Assembly: GCA_048941285.1 (NCBI GenBank)
Contig: JBHLNS010000038.1
Location: forward strand, 1 to 31,647
Length of the DNA: 31,647 nt
Origin: Promethearchaeota archaeon
GTDB taxonomy: Archaea > Asgardarchaeota > Lokiarchaeia > Sigyniarchaeales > SOKP01
Direction of reading: 5' to 3'
Below the pieces are notes generated by a model that saw only the letters and a program-made list of their open reading frames with translations, was not told where the DNA came from and made no database searches. The position numbers were made by a program, and so were the translations under genes. Shown here one piece after another: positions 1 to 8,214 of this stretch. The stretch's first letter is position 1. The number at the start of each line of letters is the position of its first letter.

Positions 1-183
1 AAAGTCGAAATTTTAAGTTATAATGAACACTCTGAAAATTTTATGAGAGGATGGACTAAATTGATTGAAAAGTATCCACAATACAAAACATGGGCTCATG
101 AGGATTTAACTCCAAATGATCCCGGTTTACGGAGGATTATGCAAATAATACCAATTGATAAAGTCTCATGGGGTTTTCCATAA
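1..183 (+). CDS. Partial (5'-truncated by window edge) pyridoxamine 5'-phosphate oxidase-like, split-barrel flavin/F420-binding protein
   Basis: Frame 1 is open from base 1 to TAA at 181-183: KVEILSYNEH...KLIEKYPQYKTW...RIMQIIPIDKVSWGFP. The L-x-x-KYPQY and I-x-P-x4-SWG segments are typical of PPOX-class C-termini. Confidence 0.6.
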   Translation, partial: KVEILSYNEHSENFMRGWTKLIEKYPQYKTWAHEDLTPNDPGLRRIMQIIPIDKVSWGFP

Positions 184-210
184 TTGATATCTTTTAATTC
201 AAAACCTGTG

Positions 211-263
211 CAAAGGTTGGTCAACTTGTTACTAAGATTTCTTAACAAGCTTCATTCCATTCG
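211..263 (-). promoter_or_regulatory. Candidate eukaryote-type SECIS element (kink-turn hairpin)
   Basis: The minus strand reads CGAA-UGG-AAU-GA-A-GCUUGUUA-AG-AAAU-CU-UAG-UAACAAGU-U-GA-CCA-ACC-UUUG. It has an AUGA...GA core, an 8-bp upper helix, apical AAA 11 nt after AUGA and a lower helix UGG/CCA plus CGAA/UUUG. It lies just 3' of a UGA-containing ORF. Confidence 0.7.
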
Positions 264-267
264 AATC

Positions 268-501
268 TTATATTAAAATAACAGAGAATAAACAATCTTG
301 TTTGAGAACAAATTTGATAATATTGTCTAACCAAGAAGAAATTACCAAACATCCTCATCCATCTCCACCAATAATTCCACTATTATGTAAAATCAGTATA
401 ACAGCAGTAATTATTGCTGCTAAACCAACTACACTGAATATAATAATTAGTATTTTCTTGGTATCTATTCTCTTTACTTGTTCTGATGCAAATTCACTCA
501 T
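268..501 (-). CDS. Small single-TM membrane protein; candidate selenoprotein (77 aa with Sec at codon 49, or 48 aa if TGA at 355-357 is a stop)
   Basis: ATG at 501: MSEFASEQVKRIDTKKILIIIFSVVGLAAIITAVILILHNSGIIGGDG-[TGA]-GCLVISSWLDNIIKFVLKQDCLFSVILI-TAA(268-270). A clear TM helix follows a KK pair, and a SECIS-like hairpin lies downstream. Confidence 0.65.
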
Positions 502-590
502 AATTATAAGATCAATTTAAATCCTATTATTAGTTATTAGGCATTATACACTATAAATTTTAACTTAATTAAAAATCTATTTTCCTTAAT

Positions 591-1628
591 CTATGAACTT
601 TTACCTTCTTTATACTTGAAAACAGTGTATAAACCAATAATGAGCGTAAAAGCTGCGAAAAATATCCATAATATTTGAACTTGTTTTATTATCATTTCTA
701 AGATTATCGGAGGGGGGAGTATACTAATTACTTCTTGCCAAATCTTCATAAATTGAGCAACCAATTTTATAAGGATTAAAAATAGTGCTATTGTATCAGC
801 TTTAAATATCTTAAGTTTCTCCTTTATATAGTCAATTCTATCATAGATTGATCCTATAATATATACAAATAATAGTAAATCAATGAGAAATGAAAAAATA
901 TCATATGGACCGCTGTTAATAAAGAGAAATTCTGCTAAGAGATCCACAACAAGATAAACAACATAAAAGTAAGTTAACAAATTAAATAAAGAAATATAAG
1001 CAGCCAATTTCTTAGTAAATATTAATCTAATTAGAGTAATTACTACTATTGTAATTCCAATTAGAAAAAGGATAAAGAAGGATCTTGCTATATTTGTTCC
1101 TCCTAAAATCAGGGCATTATTAAAAAACCTCATCGTTAAAGAAATAAGCCACCATGTAAGAAAGAAAAATAAAGCAAGTTCGAGAATTCGTGTAAATATT
1201 CTAGAACGTTTCTTGCTATACAAGTAATCATCAACTTTTATCGATGTATCCATACATACTTTATAAGCAAAAAAAGCAATTAGAATAGAATCAGCAAGGG
1301 CAAAAAAAATGAATATGTAAACTAAAATCCATATATATACATACATTACAATCAATATGAAAATCAAGAAAATAGGTATTGCTAAAATTATGGCAATGAT
1401 TATTAATAGTTTGCCCATTTCATCAATCTGTTTGAAAAATGAGATTATTAATAGTACAAACATAAATGCTGTTAATGCACCAATAATGAATAAAAAATAA
1501 ATCTTAAATTCTGAACTTCCATAAATATCAAATATAATGAAGAGAAACCAAGAAATAACAAATATAACTACGATAGTTAATAATAGAGTCTTTTTTATTA
1601 GATTTTTTAGCCCAGAAATAAATCTCAT
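591..1628 (-). CDS. Multi-pass membrane protein of unknown function
   Basis: 345-aa ORF with about 9-10 hydrophobic segments; no family motif recognised. Confidence 0.8.
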   Translation of the reverse strand: MRFISGLKNLIKKTLLLTIVVIFVISWFLFIIFDIYGSSEFKIYFLFIIGALTAFMFVLLIISFFKQIDEMGKLLIIIAIILAIPIFLIFILIVMYVYIWILVYIFIFFALADSILIAFFAYKVCMDTSIKVDDYLYSKKRSRIFTRILELALFFFLTWWLISLTMRFFNNALILGGTNIARSFFILFLIGITIVVITLIRLIFTKKLAAYISLFNLLTYFYVVYLVVDLLAEFLFINSGPYDIFSFLIDLLLFVYIIGSIYDRIDYIKEKLKIFKADTIALFLILIKLVAQFMKIWQEVISILPPPIILEMIIKQVQILWIFFAAFTLIIGLYTVFKYKEGKSS

Positions 1629-1830
1629 TTTTAGTTTACTTATGATATTTTGATATAAAATTTGTTAATATACAATATGTTAATTAATTTTTTTATAAAA
1701 CCAGAAAAAATTCACATTTCTGTATATAACCAATAAGAAGCTGTACTTAGCTATTTTTAATTTATTAAAAGAATGTTTTTATCCTTCAAATAATTCTTTA
1801 GCATATAAATTTATTATAGTGAATTAGTCA

Positions 1831-3036
1831 ATGTCTGAAGAACAAAAAGTTAGAAATCGTTGGGTTGTTGTTATTGGAGCTATCATGATCCAATTAGCAT
1901 TAGGTACAATTTATTCATGGGGTACGCTTACTCAATTTGTAAGTCCTTATGTTTCTGAAATAGAGGAAGTAACTGTTTATGTGTTTGGTGTAGGTTTATT
2001 ATCATTTGCTGTAACAATGATTTTTGCAGGAAAATTGCAACAAAAATATGGACCACGAAATATTGCTATTTTAGGGGGAATTTTAATGGGTGGAGGTGTC
2101 ATTTTGTCTGCTCTTATGACAACATTTATAGGATTATTGATTACGTATGGAATAATCTTTGGTATGGGAATCGGTTTTGGATATGTCTGCCCGATTGCTG
2201 CAGCAAGCAAATGGTTTCCAGATAAAAAAGGCTTTATTAATGGAATTGCTGTTGCGGGTTTCGGTGCGGGTTCTTTTGTGTTTAACTATGTAATACAAGG
2301 ACTTTCTTTTAATATTCCATTAATGTTTATTATCCTGGGTATAATATACTTAGTATTAATTATTGGAGGAGCTATGACATTAAGTAATCCTCCTGAAGGT
2401 TGGAAACCTGAAGGTTGGGAACCTCCAGCACCTTCTGAAAAAAGTGGGATTTCTGGACTTGAATTTGAACGAAAACAAACAATAAAACTACCTCAATTTT
2501 GGATGCTTTGGGCTACTTTCATTTTAAGTGCAATATCTGGTTTGATGGTAATAGGATCATATTCTAGGTTCATTGAATCATTCTTAATAGTAGATTTTGT
2601 ATTAATAGGAAGTTTAGCAGCTTTATTCAACGGTCTAGGTAGAATTGCGTGGGGAAAGTTAGCGGATTTAATATCATACAAAAAAGCAATGTATTTAATG
2701 TTTTCAATCCAGGCAATACTATTGTTTCTTTACTTTACAACAAATGTAAATGGAATATACTTCTTGATAATGACCTGCGCAATATATTTCTGTTTCGGAG
2801 GGAATTTTAGCTTGTTCCCTACTGCTACAGCAGATTTATTTGGAACTAAAAACTTAGGACCTAATTATGGAATAGTATTCACTGCTTATGGAATTGCTGG
2901 ATTTATGGGTGCTACAATGGTAAATACTTTTGTTATATTATTCGGAGGATATTTAACCTTGTTTATAGTTATGGGGATTATGTCCTTAGGGGCAGCTATA
3001 CTAGCTTATTTATTAAAACCTCCCACTCGAAAATAA
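1831..3036 (+). CDS. MFS transporter, oxalate/formate antiporter (OFA, OxlT/YhjX-like) family
   Basis: Motifs RWVVVIGA..QLALGTIYSW, KWFPDKKGFINGIAVAGFGAG, FNGLGRIAWGKLAD and FGTKNLGPNYG; about 12 TM segments. Confidence 0.92.
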   Translation: MSEEQKVRNRWVVVIGAIMIQLALGTIYSWGTLTQFVSPYVSEIEEVTVYVFGVGLLSFAVTMIFAGKLQQKYGPRNIAILGGILMGGGVILSALMTTFIGLLITYGIIFGMGIGFGYVCPIAAASKWFPDKKGFINGIAVAGFGAGSFVFNYVIQGLSFNIPLMFIILGIIYLVLIIGGAMTLSNPPEGWKPEGWEPPAPSEKSGISGLEFERKQTIKLPQFWMLWATFILSAISGLMVIGSYSRFIESFLIVDFVLIGSLAALFNGLGRIAWGKLADLISYKKAMYLMFSIQAILLFLYFTTNVNGIYFLIMTCAIYFCFGGNFSLFPTATADLFGTKNLGPNYGIVFTAYGIAGFMGATMVNTFVILFGGYLTLFIVMGIMSLGAAILAYLLKPPTRK

Positions 3037-3048
3037 TAAATATAATTA

Positions 3049-3065
3049 TTTTCTTTTTATTTTTT
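3049..3065 (+). terminator. Oligo-T tract after the OFA gene (archaeal intrinsic terminator-like)
   Basis: ttttctttttattttttt-type run about 12 nt after the stop codon, between convergent genes. Confidence 0.4.
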
Positions 3066-3110
3066 ATTATAAATTAGAATTGATTTCGGTTGGTTTAAAG
3101 AGAGAAAGCA

Positions 3111-3950
3111 TCATATCTTACTCGATAAATTCTTCGATACTAGAGTTATTGAATGATTAGGACATTTCGAAACACAAATTCCACATCCAAAACATCTTAC
3201 TGTATCGAAATTTAATTTATCATTAATAATCCTTCTCGCTCCAAAATAACACCATCTTTCACAGGTTCCACAATTAAGACAATCTTCTAAATTAGTTTTA
3301 GCAATAAAATCACTCTTAATCATTTGTGGTGAACCGTTTTTAAGAAATCTACTAAGTACAACACAACAACAAGGACAACAATTACATATTATATAATAAA
3401 ATTGTGGATTCGGAAAGTAAATTAATTGATGAACTAATCCTCTTTTGTCAGTTTCTTCAAGTAAATGTTTGATTTTTTCTTTTGATACCTTTTTTAGATT
3501 GTAAGATTTATGAGGAATATCATAAAGAGAATTACCAAAGCTTAGATGAATGCATGAAAACAATGGATGTGTACAATTCGGTTCTCCATTTTTTCTTTGC
3601 ACTGATCGACAATAGCACCAACTTATACCCACAACATTTGAACGTTCTACAATTCCTAAGATTTCTTGAGAGGTGATAAACTTTGAATCAAAATTAATAT
3701 TCCTTCCTAAAGGAATAACTCTTCCACCCCAACGCCCTTTTAAGATATATTTATCAATTACTCCCATGGTATATATGTTGAATTTTTTATCTACTCTTCG
3801 AAAGAACTCAAGAATATATAGTTCAGAAATTCCAAAGAGACTTGATAAAAGTCTCCCTAATGTAGGTATTTTTTTCAATATTGAATCTATTTTAGATTTA
3901 AAAACTCTATTAGTGTGTGAATGTAATTTATTTTTTACCATGAAATTCAA
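3111..3950 (-). CDS. Fe-S protein with a C-terminal 2x[4Fe-4S] ferredoxin domain and an N-terminal Cys-rich domain
   Basis: CYCR...C..C, ICNCCPCCC, CLNCGTCERWC and CFGCGICVSKCP motifs. Confidence 0.88.
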   Translation of the reverse strand: MNFMVKNKLHSHTNRVFKSKIDSILKKIPTLGRLLSSLFGISELYILEFFRRVDKKFNIYTMGVIDKYILKGRWGGRVIPLGRNINFDSKFITSQEILGIVERSNVVGISWCYCRSVQRKNGEPNCTHPLFSCIHLSFGNSLYDIPHKSYNLKKVSKEKIKHLLEETDKRGLVHQLIYFPNPQFYYIICNCCPCCCVVLSRFLKNGSPQMIKSDFIAKTNLEDCLNCGTCERWCYFGARRIINDKLNFDTVRCFGCGICVSKCPNHSITLVSKNLSSKI

Positions 3951-4121
3951 TTAGATATTGTGGATATATACTGTCCATACATATTCCATTTAAAAATGAT
4001 GCTAACTTGGTGTATACCTTAAATAATTATGTTATTATAAATATGTTATACTTTATGTATTATAGGAAAAATAATAGTTCATCATAGGTAGAAATCAAAA
4101 TAACAACGAAAAGAGAATTAA

Positions 4122-5855
4122 ATGACTAAAAAAAGCTTAACTCTCTACGCAATTGCTAAATATGCAAATAAGGAACTTCTTTTAGAATCATTAATTCAGG
4201 GTAAAGGTTCTTATCAATCATTATTTTTAGAAAAATATAAGAAAAGAGAGAGAAGCTTTAAAATTAAAGTAATTATAACAAAAATCCTCTATTCTATAAT
4301 TTTTGGGCTTTTGCCGATAGTTTTAGTATTAACTTATTTAGAAATCATTCAAATTATTGAAGTTTATCCACTAGCAATTGAAAATATTCTATTAACTGGT
4401 ATACTTTTTTTCGGTTTATTTTTTGTTTTACAATTTTTTAATTTTTTCCTCATGGGATTATTAGAATCTAGTTTAGTAATGTCGGGATTAGTTTTTGCGT
4501 GGTTTGAGACACTTCCTATCCCTAGAGAGAGATTGAAAAAACTAGCCTATTTAACTATTTTTCGAACTTTTGATATCCCGATAATATTTATTGTACTTGG
4601 ATTTCCAATTACAATGTTAATTCAAACTCAAAATATCCTAATATTTTTAGTTAGTCTTGGGATTTCGGTAGTAAATATCATATTTTCTTTTGATCTCCTT
4701 ATTTTATTAGGAGAAAGACTTCAGAGAGTTTTATATTCTAAAAGGTTAAGCGCTAAAAAAGCCCTTGCGATAAGGGTTCTGAATATCTTCAGTTATATCG
4801 CTGTGATTCTTAGCAGTATATACATTATCCAGTGGTTTTTAGGCTCTATAAGTGATATATTTAGCTCTATTCTTTTCTATTATGAAAACGCTGAATTAAC
4901 TAATATAATCCTTAGTACTCTTCCCTATCCATTTAATCCCAGTTATTTATTATCATTAGTAATTACCCCTACTCAAATTTCCTTTAACCTATGGACAAGT
5001 ACAATTGTCGGTTTAGGCCTTTTTATCATTATAACTTATACTCTTCATGAAAAAACATCAAAAGTTCTCACAAAAATCACAAACTCAAGTTCTATGGGTA
5101 TTCAACAAATATATGTAAAAGATAAAATTCAAATTAGGATCAAAACTCGTCCTCCAATAAGAGCGTTTATACGCAAAGATATTTCTGTTGCCACGCACGA
5201 TATTAAAATATTTTTATCATTAATAATGCCTATAATATTATCATGTATTTTCGTATTTTCATATAATATAGGGATTGCTACGAGTCCTATCTGGATTGTA
5301 AGGGATACTATATTTTATTTTTTGGGTATTTTACTTTTTTGTCCCATTATTTCTAGCATGTTAGTTTATGGGATATCTAGTATCGACATCTCAGGAGAAG
5401 CTGCATTAGCACCTCTGCCAATAATAGCACGAGATCGAGTTAAAGCAAAACTAATTTTAATGATGGTATTACAAACAATAGCTCTATTTGCTCCATCTTT
5501 TATTTATTTTTTAACTCCTAAATTTCCACTCTTTCTTTCAGCTACCATAATCGCAACCCCATTTGTATGGGTCTTTCTCTTTATGACCTATGAATTAAAA
5601 ATTTATTTCTTTAATAAATTTGGAACGCGATACGTTATTGGTGATATTAACCCACAGAAAAGAATCATTAAATGGACTCTAATAGTTTGCATCCAGTATA
5701 TTATTAGTTTCTGGATCTTAACTTTTGTTCTTTTTTTCTCTAATATTCAACAAATAATTGTTATTCCAACATTTTATGTGTTTATTATTATTATATTTGT
5801 TATAGTAAGTTCTCTAGTTTATAAAAAAATGTTTCCAGCTATTCAAAAATATTAA
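4122..5855 (+). CDS. Large polytopic membrane protein, ABC-2 exporter permease-like
   Basis: 577 aa in two TM-rich halves, each with an LxxLP-type motif (FETLPIPRE, LAPLPIIARD) and a RKD motif at the start of the second half. No ATPase gene is adjacent. Confidence 0.65.
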   Translation: MTKKSLTLYAIAKYANKELLLESLIQGKGSYQSLFLEKYKKRERSFKIKVIITKILYSIIFGLLPIVLVLTYLEIIQIIEVYPLAIENILLTGILFFGLFFVLQFFNFFLMGLLESSLVMSGLVFAWFETLPIPRERLKKLAYLTIFRTFDIPIIFIVLGFPITMLIQTQNILIFLVSLGISVVNIIFSFDLLILLGERLQRVLYSKRLSAKKALAIRVLNIFSYIAVILSSIYIIQWFLGSISDIFSSILFYYENAELTNIILSTLPYPFNPSYLLSLVITPTQISFNLWTSTIVGLGLFIIITYTLHEKTSKVLTKITNSSSMGIQQIYVKDKIQIRIKTRPPIRAFIRKDISVATHDIKIFLSLIMPIILSCIFVFSYNIGIATSPIWIVRDTIFYFLGILLFCPIISSMLVYGISSIDISGEAALAPLPIIARDRVKAKLILMMVLQTIALFAPSFIYFLTPKFPLFLSATIIATPFVWVFLFMTYELKIYFFNKFGTRYVIGDINPQKRIIKWTLIVCIQYIISFWILTFVLFFSNIQQIIVIPTFYVFIIIIFVIVSSLVYKKMFPAIQKY

Positions 5856-5890
5856 ATAATTTAAATTAGAAATGAGAATTGTGATAACTT

Positions 5891-6370
5891 ATGTATTTAA
5901 ATGTAATTTATGAGGAAAAAGTTCAAATAGATGTTCAGAAAGCATTTGACCTAACATTTCAATGGTTAAATGGCCTGCAAAAAGCTAAAATTAAAGCATC
6001 AACACCACCTACATTTATTGAAGCTAAGCAGGGAACAATGATGACAAATACAGGTCATGATCCAAATTGGAAAAAGCGAATTCGGATAAATTTTTATACT
6101 TTGGAAGGAAATCAAACATTAATTAGAGTTGATGCGACACCAATTGCAAGAAATATATTTAGAGTTGAAAAATTAAAACAATCTTGGTACAATGGACTTT
6201 TTTCCCATCTATTTTCTCTCTTAAATAATTACGGACAAACATCTAAACAGGAAAAAGTGATCGACGCTAATGTTATCGAAGGCCTAATAATTAAATATTG
6301 CTCATATTGTGGGAAAAAAGTAGACAATGGTGCTAAAATATGTCCCAGTTGTGGAATTGATATAGACTAA
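5891..6370 (+). CDS. Protein with a C-terminal zinc ribbon
   Basis: Ends in YCSYCGKKVDNGAKICPSCG. Confidence 0.85.
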   Translation: MYLNVIYEEKVQIDVQKAFDLTFQWLNGLQKAKIKASTPPTFIEAKQGTMMTNTGHDPNWKKRIRINFYTLEGNQTLIRVDATPIARNIFRVEKLKQSWYNGLFSHLFSLLNNYGQTSKQEKVIDANVIEGLIIKYCSYCGKKVDNGAKICPSCGIDID

Positions 6371-6529
6371 AAAAATTTTGATTATTCTTTTTAAGCCATT
6401 TTTATCTATTTTTCTAAAATTTGTCGGAGTCCTTTAGCATATATAGAGATGCATTAATCTTCTTCTTATGACCAGTTCAGATTCTTATCATGATTGGGAA
6501 TTGAGTGTAAATCCTAAACAACAATATCT

Positions 6530-6890
6530 AAAAAGAAAGAAGGGACGAGAAGTTGCAAATGAATACCCGAAAGTTTTCATCAGCAAACGGTATTGTTTTG
6601 TTTTTTCACTCAAGTGAAAAAATTACAAAACATTGATTCAATTTGCGTTGTGAAGAGAAATACCAAACATCAAATAATTTCTTATTCTTTGAATGGTGTT
6701 ATCGTTTGATAACCTTACTAATTCTTGCGAATTAGCCAGATCGAACACCCAATATAAACCTAATGGTCTACATTTTAGTTCAAATTATGCTTTTACACAT
6801 AATTTCCTTTCATATCGCTATTGATTACCTTGCGGTGCCAATGCTTTGAGGTAACAATACCTCTTCTCGACGTCCAAACCGTTAGGATTG
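6530..6890 (-). ncRNA. Candidate large structured non-coding RNA (family not recognised)
   Basis: The 5' arm GGAC-GUC-GAGAAG (6875-6863) pairs with the 3' arm CUUCUC-GUCC (6552-6543). At least 8 internal hairpins include two GCAA loops and one GAAA loop. TATA at 6916-6923 lies upstream and a U-rich tail at 6530-6541 lies downstream. There is no long ORF. Confidence 0.65.
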
Positions 6891-6915
6891 AACAATATAT
6901 ATTTTGAAGAATTAC

Positions 6916-6963
6916 TATATAAATGAACCTATTAATAGGTTATTAAACAATTAAGTCGACTTA
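6916..6963 (-). promoter_or_regulatory. TATA box plus two perfect palindromes upstream of the ncRNA candidate
   Basis: TTTATATA on the minus strand (6923-6916); AACCTATTAATAGGTT (6926-6941, 16-bp perfect palindrome); TAAGTCGACTTA (6952-6963, 12-bp perfect palindrome). Confidence 0.55.
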
Positions 6964-7054
6964 GAAGAGTTAACATTTTTTAAAGTCGGAGTAATACAAA
7001 AAAAATAGAATTTTAGTTAATCATGAAAGCAATAATGAATAGATAAGATTAGTT

Positions 7055-7432
7055 TTAGAATGGGAAAATATCGATAGTTACATGTAATAACGCGCTAAGT
7101 AAGATCACAACGAGAACATATAATAAGAAAGCTATAACAGTAATAACAATAGCGCTTAATAATCCCACACTATGCATGACACTAATAATTAACCATGTTA
7201 TAATTAATGCTACTAACCATGCGAGCCAACTTTCTAAAAAAAGAAAAACTAACGCAAATGTAATTGTTATTAAGAATGCTGTTAGAAATACATGCCCAAA
7301 TTTAGTATTTCTTGCTTTGCTGAAGAATCCTAAAGCTATTTTAAGGAAAATTGCCATTATTAACAGGACAATAAGGTAAAATACTAAAAACCACATTACT
7401 TCTTCAAATGTCTGGAAAATCATTTTTATCAC
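7055..7432 (-). CDS. Small 4-TM membrane protein
   Basis: 125-aa ORF that is almost entirely hydrophobic; the true start may be ATG at 7423. Confidence 0.75.
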   Translation of the reverse strand: MIKMIFQTFEEVMWFLVFYLIVLLIMAIFLKIALGFFSKARNTKFGHVFLTAFLITITFALVFLFLESWLAWLVALIITWLIISVMHSVGLLSAIVITVIAFLLYVLVVILLSALLHVTIDIFPF

Positions 7433-7530
7433 AAATTATGATTCTTAGATTTAGCTTAAACTTTAAGAATAATATAAACTAGATAGAATTAGAAAATTAC
7501 CATGATTTATAAGATTAGTTGAGTTATATT

Positions 7531-7899
7531 ATGAATTTAAAAGATCCAAAATTGACAGTCCTACAATTTAATGAATATATTAATAATCAAGACATTGAAG
7601 GTCTCACTTCCCTCATGACAGAAGATCATATATTTATAGATCGTGCAGGAGATAGATTTGGAGATATGGTTAATGGGTGGAAAGAGTTTTTCACTAATTT
7701 TCCTAGCTATAGAAACTACTTCACAAGAGTGGAATCACGGGATAATTTAGTTGTAATTATTGGATATGCTAAATGGTCAACGGAGTCACTAGAAGAAGAT
7801 CATGCTATATGGACAGCAAAAGTTGATAACGATAAAGTTGAATTGTGGCAAATCTATGAGGATACTGAAGCAAATAGAAAGAAATTTGGACTCTTCTAA
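7531..7899 (+). CDS. SnoaL/NTF2-like fold protein
   Basis: VLQFNEYINNQDIEGLTSLMTEDHIFID...AKVDNDKVELWQIYED pattern. ATG at 7531 is preferred over TTG at 7519. Confidence 0.85.
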   Translation: MNLKDPKLTVLQFNEYINNQDIEGLTSLMTEDHIFIDRAGDRFGDMVNGWKEFFTNFPSYRNYFTRVESRDNLVVIIGYAKWSTESLEEDHAIWTAKVDNDKVELWQIYEDTEANRKKFGLF

Positions 7900-7907
7900 T
7901 TTTAGAA

Positions 7908-8012
7908 CTAAAGAAAAATACCAATAAGAACCAATATAACAACAGCTAAAGCTATCAATCCTGACATTCCAATGATAGCCATTAATATTTCATAAAAACC
8001 CTTTAGATTCAT
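7908..8012 (-). CDS. Putative 34-aa single-TM microprotein
   Basis: MNLKGFYEILMAIIGMSGLIALAVVILVLIGIFL*, with purine-rich AAGGGA upstream; below the ORF-track cutoff. Confidence 0.5.
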   Translation of the reverse strand: MNLKGFYEILMAIIGMSGLIALAVVILVLIGIFL

Positions 8013-8214
8013 TTTTTTGGTTTTTCCCTTTTTTAATTTAATTCTATTATACTATTATACCCACTCTAGTATATAAAAGTATATATTTAAAAGTTATGAT
8101 TATGAATAATTTTATTTAATATTAATGATACTTTTTATTACATAAATATCTTAATATATATTAATATATATTTCCCAGAATTTTTCAATAAATACGAAAT
8201 TAGTCTCAAGCAAA

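Noticed and set aside
302-520. 72-aa plus-strand ORF from the track
   Set aside because: TTG start with no recognisable features; it is the antisense shadow of the minus-strand TM/UGA gene.
6468-6499. Second ATGA...GA hairpin on the plus strand as a SECIS
   Set aside because: No apical adenosines, a poor lower stem, and no in-frame UGA in the upstream gene.
6577-6583. CUGAUGA on the minus strand as a hammerhead core, C/D box or fluoride riboswitch
   Set aside because: No stem II followed by GAAA, no suitably placed D/D' boxes inside the predicted transcript, and no upstream GGNGAUGG motif.
6468-6617. 49-aa plus-strand ORF MTSSDSYHDW...
   Set aside because: No SD or motif, and it overlaps the structured minus-strand RNA candidate in antisense.
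6530-6890. RNase P RNA or SRP RNA identity for the structured region
   Set aside because: I could not find the GAGGAAAGUCC/P4 elements or the SRP helix-8 CAGG...AGCA motif; an Rfam scan is still needed to exclude divergent forms.
8153-8172. 20-bp palindrome AATATATATTAATATATATT
   Set aside because: AT-only low-complexity sequence in a very AT-rich gap, expected by chance or slippage.
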